Counted from the first letter of the stretch, positions 9,053 through 18,927 are shown. The stretch: DNA of 64,000 bases from Candidatus Woesearchaeota archaeon (GCA_018303075.1 JAGVYW010000001.1:7156-71155); one strand, 5' to 3'. A program made the numbers and translations. The notes: a model not told the origin generated them from the sequence alone.

Positions 9053-10375
9053 ATGGAAATTAAAGAGATATATGAGATAATAGCAAAAGAAAATGTTAGA
9101 TTTATAGAAATGGAGTTTACAGATATATTTGGCGTGTTAAAGTCAATAAATATACCTGTGGAATGCATGAAAGATGCAATTGAAAGAGGATTATGGTTTG
9201 ATGGTTCGTCAATAAAAGGTTTTACCAGGATTAAGGAAAGCGATATGTATCTTAAGCCGGATTTAGATACATTTGCAATTATTCCTGATGATAAAGAAGT
9301 AAAGACAGCTAGTTTTTTTTGTGATGTTTATACTTCTGATGATGAATTATTTGCAGGATCGCCACGTACTGTGCTAAAAAAAGTGATTGAAGAAGCAAAG
9401 AAGGAAGGTTATGTCTTTAAAGTAGGTCCAGAGGTTGAATTCTATTTTTTCAAAAAGACAGCAGATGGCAAGATTGTAATTCCTGATTATGATGATGGCA
9501 GTTATTTTGATAGTTCAACAGGTGATATAGGAAGTGAGATCAGAAAAGAAGTAATGCTGAAACTTAAAGCTTATGGAATACACTCAGAAAGAGCGCATCA
9601 TGAAGTTGGACATGGGCAGCATGAAATAGGTTTTAGGTATGATGTTGCATTAGTTACAGCAGAAAGAGTAATTACATTGAAAAAGATAATCAAAATAGTT
9701 GCGCATAAATACGGGTTAATTGCATCATTTATGCCAAAACCTTTGTTTAAAAAACCAGGTAGTGGTATGCATATTCATTTTAGTTTATTTGATCCAGATG
9801 GAAAGCCTTTGTTTTATAACGAAGAAGATAAATATAAATTATCACCATTAGCAAAAAATTTTATTGCAGGGCAATTATCTTACATAAAAGAAATGTCAGC
9901 AATATTAAATCCAACTGTGAACTCATACAAACGATTGGTTTCAGGATATGAAGCTCCTGTTTATATCTGTTGGGGAGGAAAAAACAGATCTGCTCTTATT
10001 AGAATTCCACATTATATGAAAGGAAAAGAAAGCTCTGTTAGAGCGGAGATACGTTGTCCTGATCCAAGCGCATCGCCTTATTTAGTATTTGCAGCTTTGC
10101 TTAAAGTTGGATTGGAGGGTATAAAGAAAAAGAAAAGTTTAATGCCTTCATATGAAGATAACATATTTGAACAATCAAAAGAAGAGCTTGAAAAAATTGG
10201 AATAGAGACTTTGCCAGAAAGCTTAAGTGATGCATTAAAGATTTTCAAGAAAAGCGACCTAATGAAAGAATTGTTAGGGAACAAACTTTTTGGAAATTAT
10301 CTATATGCAAAAGAAAAGGAATGCGAAGAATTCAGAATAGCTGTAACTGATTGGGAAGTTAATACTTATTTATAA
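9053..10375 (+). CDS. glnA: glutamine synthetase type I
   Basis: The 440-aa protein has GS N-terminal beta-grasp and catalytic domain motifs (for example GSGMHIHFSLF and the NPTVNSYKRL region). Confidence 0.9.
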   Translation: MEIKEIYEIIAKENVRFIEMEFTDIFGVLKSINIPVECMKDAIERGLWFDGSSIKGFTRIKESDMYLKPDLDTFAIIPDDKEVKTASFFCDVYTSDDELFAGSPRTVLKKVIEEAKKEGYVFKVGPEVEFYFFKKTADGKIVIPDYDDGSYFDSSTGDIGSEIRKEVMLKLKAYGIHSERAHHEVGHGQHEIGFRYDVALVTAERVITLKKIIKIVAHKYGLIASFMPKPLFKKPGSGMHIHFSLFDPDGKPLFYNEEDKYKLSPLAKNFIAGQLSYIKEMSAILNPTVNSYKRLVSGYEAPVYICWGGKNRSALIRIPHYMKGKESSVRAEIRCPDPSASPYLVFAALLKVGLEGIKKKKSLMPSYEDNIFEQSKEELEKIGIETLPESLSDALKIFKKSDLMKELLGNKLFGNYLYAKEKECEEFRIAVTDWEVNTYL

Positions 10376-10652
10376 TAGTAACAGCTGTTTTTTTTCTATT
10401 TCTTTCTTCTTTTCGTTCAGAAATGATTTGTCCTGTTTACTCCTGATTTTTTTGTTATTTCTCCAGCTAAACTTGAACCTAAATCTAATAATGTCAGATA
10501 TACTCGCGCTTCATTTCCAGCTAATCCTAGTTCACGTATTGGGATGTTTTCATCAACTCCGTCTTACACAAGCAGCATGAGAATGGTGATGTGTGGTATG
10601 AATTTTTTTTGAAGAAGGTTGAGAATGGGAAATTTGTTAAAGTTGATAATAG

Positions 10653-11873
10653 CTAGAATTCAAATAATTTCTTTTGTTTTTTTAGATTGTCCAGCAAAAT
10701 GCTCTGCTTTAATTGTAAACTGCAATCATAATTAAATCTCTTTTTGATAAATGCTAATGTATAATTTAACATTGTTTGTTTATCTTCGAATTCAATAGGT
10801 TGTGCTGCTACTGCTTTTCTTGTTGCTTCTCTTACAACCCAAACACCTAATGGGGCAATATATTCGTTTGGGTCAACAAAACGTAAAGTGAGTATGCTTG
10901 CTTGTTTTTTTGTTTGCTGCAACTTTTCAAGAATTGCTAATCTAGCAGCGTAATAGCCACCAACTGTTGAAGATGCATATTCTTTTCTTCCATAATAATC
11001 TTCATAGTCTGTTGCAAATGATGTTTTTTCTGAGATAATTGTTTCAAATAATTCATACTGCCATTCGTTTGGAAAGAATAAGATCAGATAATAATTTCCA
11101 AGATGCCCTCCAAAATATGCTTTGTAGCAATCAAGTTGGTTGTAATCTTTTATTTGTTTGATTAATGTTTTTCCAATTGTATCATCTGTTAAAGTTATTG
11201 ACCATCTTGTCGGCACTAATTTTCTTTGTGTTTTTACTCCGAGATTTCCTGTACTCACAATTTTTGTTAGATAATGCTCATCGAATCCAGCGGTGTAAAG
11301 CTCCTGCAATGCAGCTACTGCTTTTACATCTGTGTCAGAAACAATCTTATCAACTTTTGTTGGAACTTTGATATTTTCTGTAATTTGCGCTTTTCTTAAT
11401 TCAATATTACAGCCATGAGGAGCTTCTTCTCTGTTGAGTGTAAGGCTGAAGTTTGGTTTTTTTGATAAATTTATCTCTATATCCACTGGTTTTTGCGAAA
11501 GAGAAAGCTCTTGTGATAGCTCTAAGAATTTGTTGGTAGATGAATTATTAGACGGATTGTTTATTGATTTGATATTTGCTTTAAACTGTGCATTGACTAA
11601 CTGTGTTCTTAAATCAATTATTTTAGGAATTGAATAATTTTCTCTGCTCCAAAGCAAAGGCTCATCGTTTTGTCTGTATTCCTCTGTATTAAGAATGCCA
11701 ACATTTATGTTAGGATAACCAAATCTTCCAACAAAGATGTTAGGAGATGCTCCAAAGTAATCCTGCTTTGCTTTTTTGTTGAATTCCTCCTGTGATTGCA
11801 GCTTTATCTTCTTTGGATCTAATGCAGGAAAATGCAATGTTCTGCCTTTGTCTTTGATGTATGATATGTCCAT
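10653..11873 (-). CDS. conserved archaeal protein, possibly Nre-family (DNA-repair-associated)
   Basis: The start was chosen at MDISYIKDKG; the upstream ATG of the 489-aa frame would overlap the divergent DHH gene. The Nre assignment rests on recollection of the family (motif PNIFVGRFGYPNINVG) and is tentative. Confidence 0.35.
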   Translation of the reverse strand: MDISYIKDKGRTLHFPALDPKKIKLQSQEEFNKKAKQDYFGASPNIFVGRFGYPNINVGILNTEEYRQNDEPLLWSRENYSIPKIIDLRTQLVNAQFKANIKSINNPSNNSSTNKFLELSQELSLSQKPVDIEINLSKKPNFSLTLNREEAPHGCNIELRKAQITENIKVPTKVDKIVSDTDVKAVAALQELYTAGFDEHYLTKIVSTGNLGVKTQRKLVPTRWSITLTDDTIGKTLIKQIKDYNQLDCYKAYFGGHLGNYYLILFFPNEWQYELFETIISEKTSFATDYEDYYGRKEYASSTVGGYYAARLAILEKLQQTKKQASILTLRFVDPNEYIAPLGVWVVREATRKAVAAQPIEFEDKQTMLNYTLAFIKKRFNYDCSLQLKQSILLDNLKKQKKLFEF

Positions 11874-11970
11874 GAAATAAAGAAAGTTTTTTTGGATTAA
11901 ATAGTTATTGAAAACAGTGGTGTGCCAGAAAACAATTAAACATATAAATGACTCTTTGTTTTTCAGATTC

Positions 11971-13017
11971 ATGCCAAGTTTACAAGAAGATATTAGTTTT
12001 ATCCGCAAAGAGCTGGAAACTAGCAAAAAACCATTGTTTCTATTTGATGATGATCCAGATGGGTTAACATCTTTTTTGCTGCTATACAGAAAAATACAGC
12101 GTGGAAAAGGGATATTTATCAAAAGCAGCCCGAATATTGAAAAAAAATATCTTAAACAGGTTCAAGAATATGGTCCGGACAAAATCTTTATCTTAGATAT
12201 GCCTATTGTTGAACAAGAGTTCATTGATGGAGCATTACAGTCAGGGGTACAAAAAATATTATGGATTGATCATCATGAACCTCAGAAAAATACAGGTGTT
12301 TATTATTTGAATCCTAGAAATTATATTGATGCTGATAATAGACCGACGAATTATTGGGCATATCTAATCGTACAGCAGGATCAATGGATTGCTATAGTTG
12401 GATGCTTATCTGATTGGTTTCTTCCAGAGTTTGCTGCAGAATTCTCAAGCAAATATCCTGAGATGCTGCCAAGCAATATCACAAAAGTTGACGAAGCATT
12501 GTTTACTACAAAAATAGGTGGTTTGTCCCGTATTTTTTCTTTTATACTTAAAGGAAAGTCAGATGACGCTAAGAAATGCATAAAAATTCTTACAAGATTA
12601 GAGCATTTTGATGAAGTATTACATCAAACAACTGCTCAAGGCAAGTTTGTATATCAAAAATTTGAGGCAATTAATAAGGAATATCTAGAAACATTGGATA
12701 ATACAAAAAATGCTCAGATTGTTGGCAATCTTTTGCTGTACAAATATAGCGAGATGAAAACAAGTTTTACTTCTGATCTGTCTAATGAACTACTATTTAA
12801 GAATCCTGGCAAAGCCATTCTAATCTGCAGAGAGAAATCTGGAGAAATGAAATGCAGCATGCGCGGAGCAAATTATGATCTTCCAACAATAATCCATAAA
12901 TCCCTTGAAGGACTGCAAGGATATGGCGGAGGACATACACATGCATGTGGTGTTTGTGTCAAGCTGAGGGATTGGGATGTTTTTTTGGAGAGGGTTAAAA
13001 AAGAAATCGAATCATAA
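11971..13017 (+). CDS. DHH-DHHA1 family phosphoesterase (RecJ/NrnA-like)
   Basis: The protein has DHH motifs LFLFDDDPDGLTSF and IDHHEP and the C-terminal DHHA1 GGGH motif (GGGHTHACG). The start is placed at MPSLQ; an alternative ATG lies at 11908. Confidence 0.6.
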   Translation: MPSLQEDISFIRKELETSKKPLFLFDDDPDGLTSFLLLYRKIQRGKGIFIKSSPNIEKKYLKQVQEYGPDKIFILDMPIVEQEFIDGALQSGVQKILWIDHHEPQKNTGVYYLNPRNYIDADNRPTNYWAYLIVQQDQWIAIVGCLSDWFLPEFAAEFSSKYPEMLPSNITKVDEALFTTKIGGLSRIFSFILKGKSDDAKKCIKILTRLEHFDEVLHQTTAQGKFVYQKFEAINKEYLETLDNTKNAQIVGNLLLYKYSEMKTSFTSDLSNELLFKNPGKAILICREKSGEMKCSMRGANYDLPTIIHKSLEGLQGYGGGHTHACGVCVKLRDWDVFLERVKKEIES

Positions 13018-13060
13018 AATGAATCGACTATAAAAAATACTTTCTTATTTTAAGTAATAA

Positions 13061-13231
13061 ATGATAATCTATAATCCACATAATGGACAGTTCCTTAATG
13101 AGAGAATTAAAAAAGCAGATGAGTTGTTTAATCAAATCCCCACAAAATATTGTTTTATTACTGGATCTTTTCTCTATAAAGAAAAATACAATGATATAGA
13201 TATCTTTTTAATATCTAGAACTTTTCTATGA
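13061..13231 (+). pseudogene. minimal nucleotidyltransferase (MNT) fragment
   Basis: This 56-aa frame MIIYNPHNGQFLNERIKKADELFNQIPTKYCFITGSFLYKEKYNDIDIFLIS carries the GS...D.D nucleotidyltransferase motif. It is too short for an intact MNT. A following ORF at 13228-13419 is in another frame. Confidence 0.25.
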
Positions 13232-13459
13232 GCTGTGTTTCTAAGAACATGCTTCCTAAAAAGCAATTAAAGGTTACTCTTTCAGATTATTGGCATGTTA
13301 TTAATGAGGGTATTCCAACTTTATTAAACCAAAAAAGTAAATATCATAAAGATGTTCGTTTTCTTATACTCTATACTGAATACTTCAAAACTGGAGAGGG
13401 TGTAAAATTTCCGATTTAAAAGCCAAACATTAATAAATGAACGATATTCTACTATCCCT

Positions 13460-14332
13460 ATGAAGGGTGAAGTTTTTTTTAATCATGAGAAGTTAAAAAT
13501 AATCTGCGAAGATGTACTTTCAACAGATAAAATTCCTAAAAATAGCGTTGATTTAATAGTTACATCTCCTCCTTATAATGTTGATATAAAATATAATTCT
13601 CATAATGACAAAATAAATTATGAAAAATATTTAGAATTTAGTCATAAATGGTTATCCAGATGTTTTGAATGGTTAAAAGATGATGGAAGATTATGTCTAA
13701 ATATTCTCTTAGATAAAAATAAAGATGGTCAGCAGAGTGTTGGTGCAGATTTTACAACTATTGCAAAAAAAATAGGTTATAAGTATCATTCTACAATTAT
13801 CTGGAATGAAGGAAATATTTCAAGAAGAACTGCTTGGGGTTCTTGGCTAAGTGCATCTGCTCCTTATGTAATTGCACCTGTAGAACTAATCCTAATTTTA
13901 TATAAGCAAGATTGGAAAAAGAAAGAGAAGAAAGAGTCAGATATAACACGACAAGAATTTATGGATTGGACTAATGGGTTATGGACTTTTCAAGGGCAAA
14001 GTAAAAAAGGAGCCGGAGGTCATCCTGCACCGTTCCCGATTGAGTTACCTAGAAGATGTATTAAATTATTTAGCTTTGTCGGAGATGTTGTATTAGATCC
14101 TTTTATGGGAAGCGGCTCGACATTAATTGCTGCCGCCAACAATAATAGAAAATCAATAGGAATTGATGTCGATAAAGAATATTGTGCGATAGCAAAAAAA
14201 AGATTAATTGCTGAAGCCAATATTTTTGAAAAGAAATTGCATGAAATGAAAGTCGAGAAAGAAAAACCCATCACTAGAAAAAGAACGGATTCCAATCCTA
14301 CTCAGAAATTGCTCGATGTTACTGTCAATTAA
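13460..14332 (+). CDS. DNA methyltransferase, beta-class (N4-cytosine or N6-adenine)
   Basis: Motif IV (VTSPPYNV) precedes motif I (LDPFMGSGST), which is the beta-class permuted order. SPPY is typical of N4C/N6A methyltransferases. Confidence 0.8.
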   Translation: MKGEVFFNHEKLKIICEDVLSTDKIPKNSVDLIVTSPPYNVDIKYNSHNDKINYEKYLEFSHKWLSRCFEWLKDDGRLCLNILLDKNKDGQQSVGADFTTIAKKIGYKYHSTIIWNEGNISRRTAWGSWLSASAPYVIAPVELILILYKQDWKKKEKKESDITRQEFMDWTNGLWTFQGQSKKGAGGHPAPFPIELPRRCIKLFSFVGDVVLDPFMGSGSTLIAAANNNRKSIGIDVDKEYCAIAKKRLIAEANIFEKKLHEMKVEKEKPITRKRTDSNPTQKLLDVTVN

Positions 14333-14355
14333 ACAAACAATAAGGTATGACAAAA

Positions 14356-14821
14356 ATGGCAAAAACTAAGGAAGAAATGTCGCAAGCTGATTTGATTATG
14401 GAATATTATAAGAAACATCCTAAAAGAGAGATACCTCATCCTGAAATTGTTGACTGGGTTGTTGATGAGTTTAAACAAGACGAATTCCACTTGTCTATTG
14501 ACAGGTGGTGGAATTCGTAAGCGTCAAGAACCACCTTAGGTGTTATCGATAAGCATGCCACTGGTTTGAAAAGTATTTAGAGATCCTGACAGAGCAATTA
14601 GAAAATTATCACAAGAAGGACAACTCATCAAAATAAATAAAGGAGTTTACAAATATGACCCTGATTTCGTACATAATAGAGAACTTGAAGATTTTACACC
14701 TGCACAAAAAGAAGAAATTTTTAAGAGGGATAATTACAGATGTGTAATTTGCGGTAGAGGAAAAGCAGTGTTTGTTCTTGATGTATCGCTTCGCTATTTT
14801 GATGGAACGACGAGCCACTAA
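14356..14821 (+). pseudogene. HNH/Zn-ribbon endonuclease-like gene disrupted by a MITE-like insertion (possible degraded restriction partner of the methyltransferase)
   Basis: The 5' part (MAKTKEEMSQADLIMEYYKKHPKREIPHPEIVDWVVDEFK...) terminates inside the repeat. The 3' part runs in a different frame from 14570 to 14821 with no start codon. It encodes a winged-helix-like segment and a C-x2-C motif (RDNYRCVICGRGK). Confidence 0.4.
14475..14590. repeat. MITE-like repeated element, copy B (inside the HNH-like pseudogene)
   Basis: This is the same element as 7336-7467: the 5' ~65 nt are about 95% identical and the 3' terminal motif is shared. Its length is not a multiple of 3, consistent with the frameshift between the gene halves. 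Confidence 0.5.
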
Positions 14822-14898
14822 AAATTACTTTATTCTAAATTATTCCGAAATCTTTAAGTAGGTGTTTTATAATCATATTTCTTTAAGAGGTTTTGTAA

Positions 14899-15972
14899 AT
14901 GGTATATGTATCTCCATCATTATTAGCTGCTGACTTTTCAAAAATTAAACAAGAACTGCAATCTGTCATAAATGCAGATTATCTGCATATTGATGTTATG
15001 GATGGCAAGTTTGTTGAGCAGAAAACTTTGTTTTTTGATATTGAAAATGTGAAACTAATTAAGAAGTACAGCAAAATTCCGTTTTTATCACATTTGATGG
15101 TTGAGAATCCTTTAGAGTATATCAAAAATTATGCAAAAGCAGGAAGCAGTATTATCTCATTTCATATTGAAGCAAAAGATGATACTTTTGCAGTTATCCA
15201 TGAGATTAAGAAGTATAAATGCAAAGTTTCAATTGCTTTAAATCCTGAAACTCCTGTTGATAGAGTATTACCTTATCTTGCGCTTATTGATCATGTGTTA
15301 GTTATGTCAGTTGTGCCTGGAAAAGGAGGACAGCAATATATTGATAGTACAGATGCTAGAATAAGATTATTAAGACAAATCATTCAGCAAATGGATTTTA
15401 ATATATTAATCGAAATTGACGGCGGAGTTAAACTAGAGAATTGTTTTAAACCAATAATGGCTGGTGCTGATATTCTTGTTTCTGGTACAGGAATTTTTGG
15501 TGCGCAAAATCATAATGAGGTGATTGAGAAAATGAAAGACATTATTTTACTCGGAGCAGATCATGCAGGTTATAAATTAAAAGAATATGTTAAACAATTG
15601 CTTGCTCAGAAAAATATTGCGTATAAAGATTTTGGAACAAATAGCGAAGAATCTGTAGACTATCCAATCTATGCACAAAAGGTTGCCAAACAGATTTCAC
15701 AAGGCAAGGCAAAACGTGGAATCTTGGTTTGTGGGACAGGACAAGGAATGGCGATGGCTGCAAATCGATACAATAATGTAAGGGCAGCACTGTGTTTAGA
15801 TACTTATTTTGCACAACAAGCAAGAGAACATGTGGATAGTAATGTGTTGTGTTTAGCAGGAAGAGTAACAAAACAAGAAGATGCTGAAAATATTGTTGAG
15901 ACTTGGTTAAATACTTCTTTTAGTGGAGAAGATAAAAGGGTTAGAAGATTGAAGCAGATTGAAGATGTATGA
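14899..15972 (+). CDS. bifunctional ribulose-phosphate 3-epimerase / ribose-5-phosphate isomerase B fusion (Rpe-RpiB)
   Basis: The N-terminal ~215 aa match Rpe (SPSLLAADF, HIDVMDG, IDGG). The C-terminal ~140 aa match RpiB/LacAB (GADHAGYKLK, SVDYPIYAQKVA, GILVCGTGQGMAMAANR). Confidence 0.85.
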   Translation: MVYVSPSLLAADFSKIKQELQSVINADYLHIDVMDGKFVEQKTLFFDIENVKLIKKYSKIPFLSHLMVENPLEYIKNYAKAGSSIISFHIEAKDDTFAVIHEIKKYKCKVSIALNPETPVDRVLPYLALIDHVLVMSVVPGKGGQQYIDSTDARIRLLRQIIQQMDFNILIEIDGGVKLENCFKPIMAGADILVSGTGIFGAQNHNEVIEKMKDIILLGADHAGYKLKEYVKQLLAQKNIAYKDFGTNSEESVDYPIYAQKVAKQISQGKAKRGILVCGTGQGMAMAANRYNNVRAALCLDTYFAQQAREHVDSNVLCLAGRVTKQEDAENIVETWLNTSFSGEDKRVRRLKQIEDV

Positions 15973-16048
15973 AAAAGAAGCATGAGAGAAAGCAATTCAG
16001 TAATATTTATAAAGCAATTCTTTTTCTGTTCAGTATATGCGCTGATGG

Positions 16049-16203
16049 TCTAATGGTTACAATCTTTTAGGAAAAGCTTGACCAAAACTTGTGGGTTTCC
16101 TCACTACGTTCGTCAAGCCCACTAAAAAAAGATTGCTGTAAATGACTGTGGCCTTCCAAGCCGCGTATCTGGGTTCGAATCCCAGTCAGCGCATTTCTTT
16201 TCT
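16049..16203 (+). tRNA. tRNA-Gly(UCC) with an ~84-nt intron at a non-canonical position in the D-arm (about positions 21-23); CCA not encoded
   Basis: The acceptor stem pairs GCGCUGA (16049-16055) with UCAGCGC (16196-16202), followed by the discriminator A. The T-arm is CUGGG-UUCGAAU-CCCAG. An intact anticodon arm GUGGC-CUUCCAA-GCCGC gives anticodon UCC at 16165-16167. The 5' exon carries the D-stem and D-loop GUCU-AAUGGUUA. The intron (about 16070-16153) has complementary ends CAAUC/GAUUG and internal helices cttgac/gtcaag and gtggg/cccac. Confidence 0.6.
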
Positions 16204-16237
16204 TTTTTCAAGTAGATTTATATATCTAATAAAATAA

Positions 16238-17920
16238 ATGAGAACGATGATCGTCAAGACATATAACTCATTAAAAAGAAAGAAAAATGAGTTTCTTATA
16301 AATAGAAAACAGAAAAAACAAGTAAAATCATTATATAAGAAAAAACTTGTAATTATTCAAATAGATGGTTTATCGTATGATGATCTTATTTTTTGTATGA
16401 ATGATGGATATGCACCATTTCTTAAAAAACTAATAAATGAACAACAGTACTTTCTGAAGCAATACAATCCAGGATTGGTCAGCACTACTCCTGTAATACA
16501 AGCAGGTATTCTCTATGGGGATAATAATGATGTTGCTGGATTTCGTTTTGTAGACAAAGAGAGAAAAAAAGCAGTTAGCCTTGAAAGTCCATTGGATGCT
16601 TTTTATTTAGAGAATACTTATTATAAAGACAAAAAAGGTTTGCTGGCTGATTATGGCAGCAGTTATTTTAATCATTTTTCAGGAACTGCTGAACGATCAA
16701 TGTTTACAATGTCTACATTGTGGAAGCAAAGCAAACTGCAAAAATTAAAACAAACAGATCTACTGCTTATATTTCTAGCAAATCCATTGCGTATCGTGAA
16801 AGTGGCATATTTAGCAGCATATGAGATAATAATCGAACACCTTGAAGGTGTATGGCGAGGCATCGTTGCGTTTTTTAAATGGAAAAGAGCAAAAATACCT
16901 TTAGTATATTCATTAGTAAGGATGAATATGAATGTCATCTGCAGAGAATTAGCAACACTTGGCACAATAATTGATATGAGCAGAGATACACCAATAATCT
17001 ATACAAATTACATTGGCTATGATGAAGTATCGCATCATCGAGGACCTAGCAATAAAAGTGTTTATCGTATTGTCAGGGCAATCGACAGGAATATAAAAAG
17101 GATATGGAACAAAAAACCATCAGAATATGAAATGATCATCCTTTCAGACCATGGACAGACTGAAGCACTTCCGTTTAAGTGTGTATATAAGCAGTCATTG
17201 GGTGATTTTATACAGCAATTAACAGCAGTTCCAGTTTCATTTGACGAGGAGATTGATACTGAAGAGATTACACTTGAATATATAAAAAGATATCTGGATG
17301 AGGCAAGCAAAAAAAACAAATTTGCAGGACTGCTGACAATATTTGAGAGCAAAAAGTTAGAAAAAGAAAAGAAAAAGAAACTTACTGCAATCAGTATAGC
17401 TACATCCTGCAATCTGGCACAGATATACTTTCTGATTGAGAAAAAAAAGCTGGTCAGAACAGAAATTGACCAATTTTATCCAGATTTTATCTCAGAGCTG
17501 ATCAAACATCATGGGATAGGAGTAGTATTTGGCAGAGGCGAAAATCATTTCTTCATCTTAACGAAAGAAGGAGAGATAACATTCACTGCAACTGGAGAAA
17601 TAAGCACAGATGAAGATAGAAAAAAATTAGCTTACTTATTGAATAATTATAAAATGAATATATCACATGAAATTTTTATAAAACAAATCCTAAAAATGAT
17701 GCAAAAACCATTAGCTGGGGATCTTATTATAATAGGTTCAATGATTAAAGACAAAGATAACAAACAAAAAATGATAAGTTTTGTCGACCACTTTGGCAGC
17801 CATGGAGCATTTGGGGGAAAACAGACAAATGCTTTTATCATAACAAAAGATGAGATCAAAGAAGAAATCTATGATGCTACACAAATTCATAAAATTATTA
17901 AGGAGAGGTATTGCAGATAA
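16238..17920 (+). CDS. alkaline-phosphatase-superfamily enzyme (type I phosphodiesterase/nucleotide pyrophosphatase-like)
   Basis: An N-terminal metal-site motif LVIIQIDGLSYDDL and a later ILSDHGQTE motif are typical of the PF01663/alkaline phosphatase superfamily. Confidence 0.55.
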   Translation: MRTMIVKTYNSLKRKKNEFLINRKQKKQVKSLYKKKLVIIQIDGLSYDDLIFCMNDGYAPFLKKLINEQQYFLKQYNPGLVSTTPVIQAGILYGDNNDVAGFRFVDKERKKAVSLESPLDAFYLENTYYKDKKGLLADYGSSYFNHFSGTAERSMFTMSTLWKQSKLQKLKQTDLLLIFLANPLRIVKVAYLAAYEIIIEHLEGVWRGIVAFFKWKRAKIPLVYSLVRMNMNVICRELATLGTIIDMSRDTPIIYTNYIGYDEVSHHRGPSNKSVYRIVRAIDRNIKRIWNKKPSEYEMIILSDHGQTEALPFKCVYKQSLGDFIQQLTAVPVSFDEEIDTEEITLEYIKRYLDEASKKNKFAGLLTIFESKKLEKEKKKKLTAISIATSCNLAQIYFLIEKKKLVRTEIDQFYPDFISELIKHHGIGVVFGRGENHFFILTKEGEITFTATGEISTDEDRKKLAYLLNNYKMNISHEIFIKQILKMMQKPLAGDLIIIGSMIKDKDNKQKMISFVDHFGSHGAFGGKQTNAFIITKDEIKEEIYDATQIHKIIKERYCR

Positions 17921-17985
17921 TTAATCTTTTTCTATCATAGGAAAATTAATATGATAGGACATCGACTGAGATAATGATAATAAAT

Positions 17986-18927
17986 CTAAAAGCTCCTCAT
18001 CTTCTCAAACTCTTTATACCTAGAATCAATTTCTGCTGAAGTCAATCTTTTCATTCTATTCAAAGAAAAATCCTCTGCATTAAATGAAGCTATTGTTGAG
18101 CCATACACAACTGCTTTTTTGATGTTTGCAAATGACATATCATCTGTTGCAGCTAAGTATCCAATAAATCCCCCTGCAAAACAATCTCCACAGCCTGTTG
18201 GGTCTTTGATTAACTCTAAAGGATACCCTGGAGCATTAAAATGAAGTTCATTGCCTGCTGAATCTTTAGCAAACAACAAAGCACCATGCTCTCCTTTTTT
18301 GATGATGCAATATTGTACACCTAATAATAATGCTTGCCTTGCAGCCTGTACAAGATTGACTGTGTTAAATAACATCCTAGCTTCGCTGTCATTGATTACT
18401 AATGCATCTACTCTTTTGATTACTTTAATCAGGCTTTCCTTTGCTGTTTGTATCCAGAGATTCATTGAATCAAGAACTATAAATTTTGGTTTGGCTAATT
18501 GCTCTATTACCTTTAATTGCAGCATTGGGGGGTTATTTGCAAGCAGTATATACTGAGCATTTTTGTATTCTTCAGGAAGGTCTGCCTCAAAATCTGCTAA
18601 TGAATTAAGCTCTGTTTTCAATGTATGTGCTTGATTCATATCAAATTCATATTTACCTGACCATCGAAAGTTTTTGCCTTGAATTGTTAATCCATTAAGA
18701 TCAATATTTCTTTGCTGCAGTAATTGAAGCTGTTCTTTAGGAAAATCTTCTCCTGCAATTGCTACAATCCCCAGCTTGATTTTAATTTTGTTTTCTACAG
18801 AATTTGTGAAGAATGAAGCAGCATAGCTTGCATATATTGCAGAACCTCCAAGAACAGTTTTAACTTCACCAAAAGGTGTAGAGATATCGTCTAGACCTAT
18901 GCTTCCTATGATTATCATTTGCACCAT
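17986..18927 (-). CDS. PfkB-family carbohydrate/nucleoside kinase (ribokinase-like)
   Basis: The protein has a Gly-rich N-terminus IGSIGLDD and the C-terminal anion-hole motif DPTGCGDCFAGGF. Confidence 0.8.
   Translation of the reverse strand: MVQMIIIGSIGLDDISTPFGEVKTVLGGSAIYASYAASFFTNSVENKIKIKLGIVAIAGEDFPKEQLQLLQQRNIDLNGLTIQGKNFRWSGKYEFDMNQAHTLKTELNSLADFEADLPEEYKNAQYILLANNPPMLQLKVIEQLAKPKFIVLDSMNLWIQTAKESLIKVIKRVDALVINDSEARMLFNTVNLVQAARQALLLGVQYCIIKKGEHGALLFAKDSAGNELHFNAPGYPLELIKDPTGCGDCFAGGFIGYLAATDDMSFANIKKAVVYGSTIASFNAEDFSLNRMKRLTSAEIDSRYKEFEKMRSF

Noticed and set aside
10417-10563. 48-codon minus-strand frame encoding a TrmB-like HTH (ELGLAGNEARVYLTLLDLGSSLAGEITKKSGV), located between glnA and the Nre-like gene.
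   Set aside because: It has no start codon and is far too short for a TrmB regulator. It is most likely a gene remnant and is not reported as a feature.
13228-13419. 63-aa ORF following the MNT fragment, considered as a HEPN partner.
   Set aside because: No R-x4-6-H HEPN motif is present, and it overlaps the MNT fragment in another frame. The pair is more likely a frameshifted or degraded nucleotidyltransferase.
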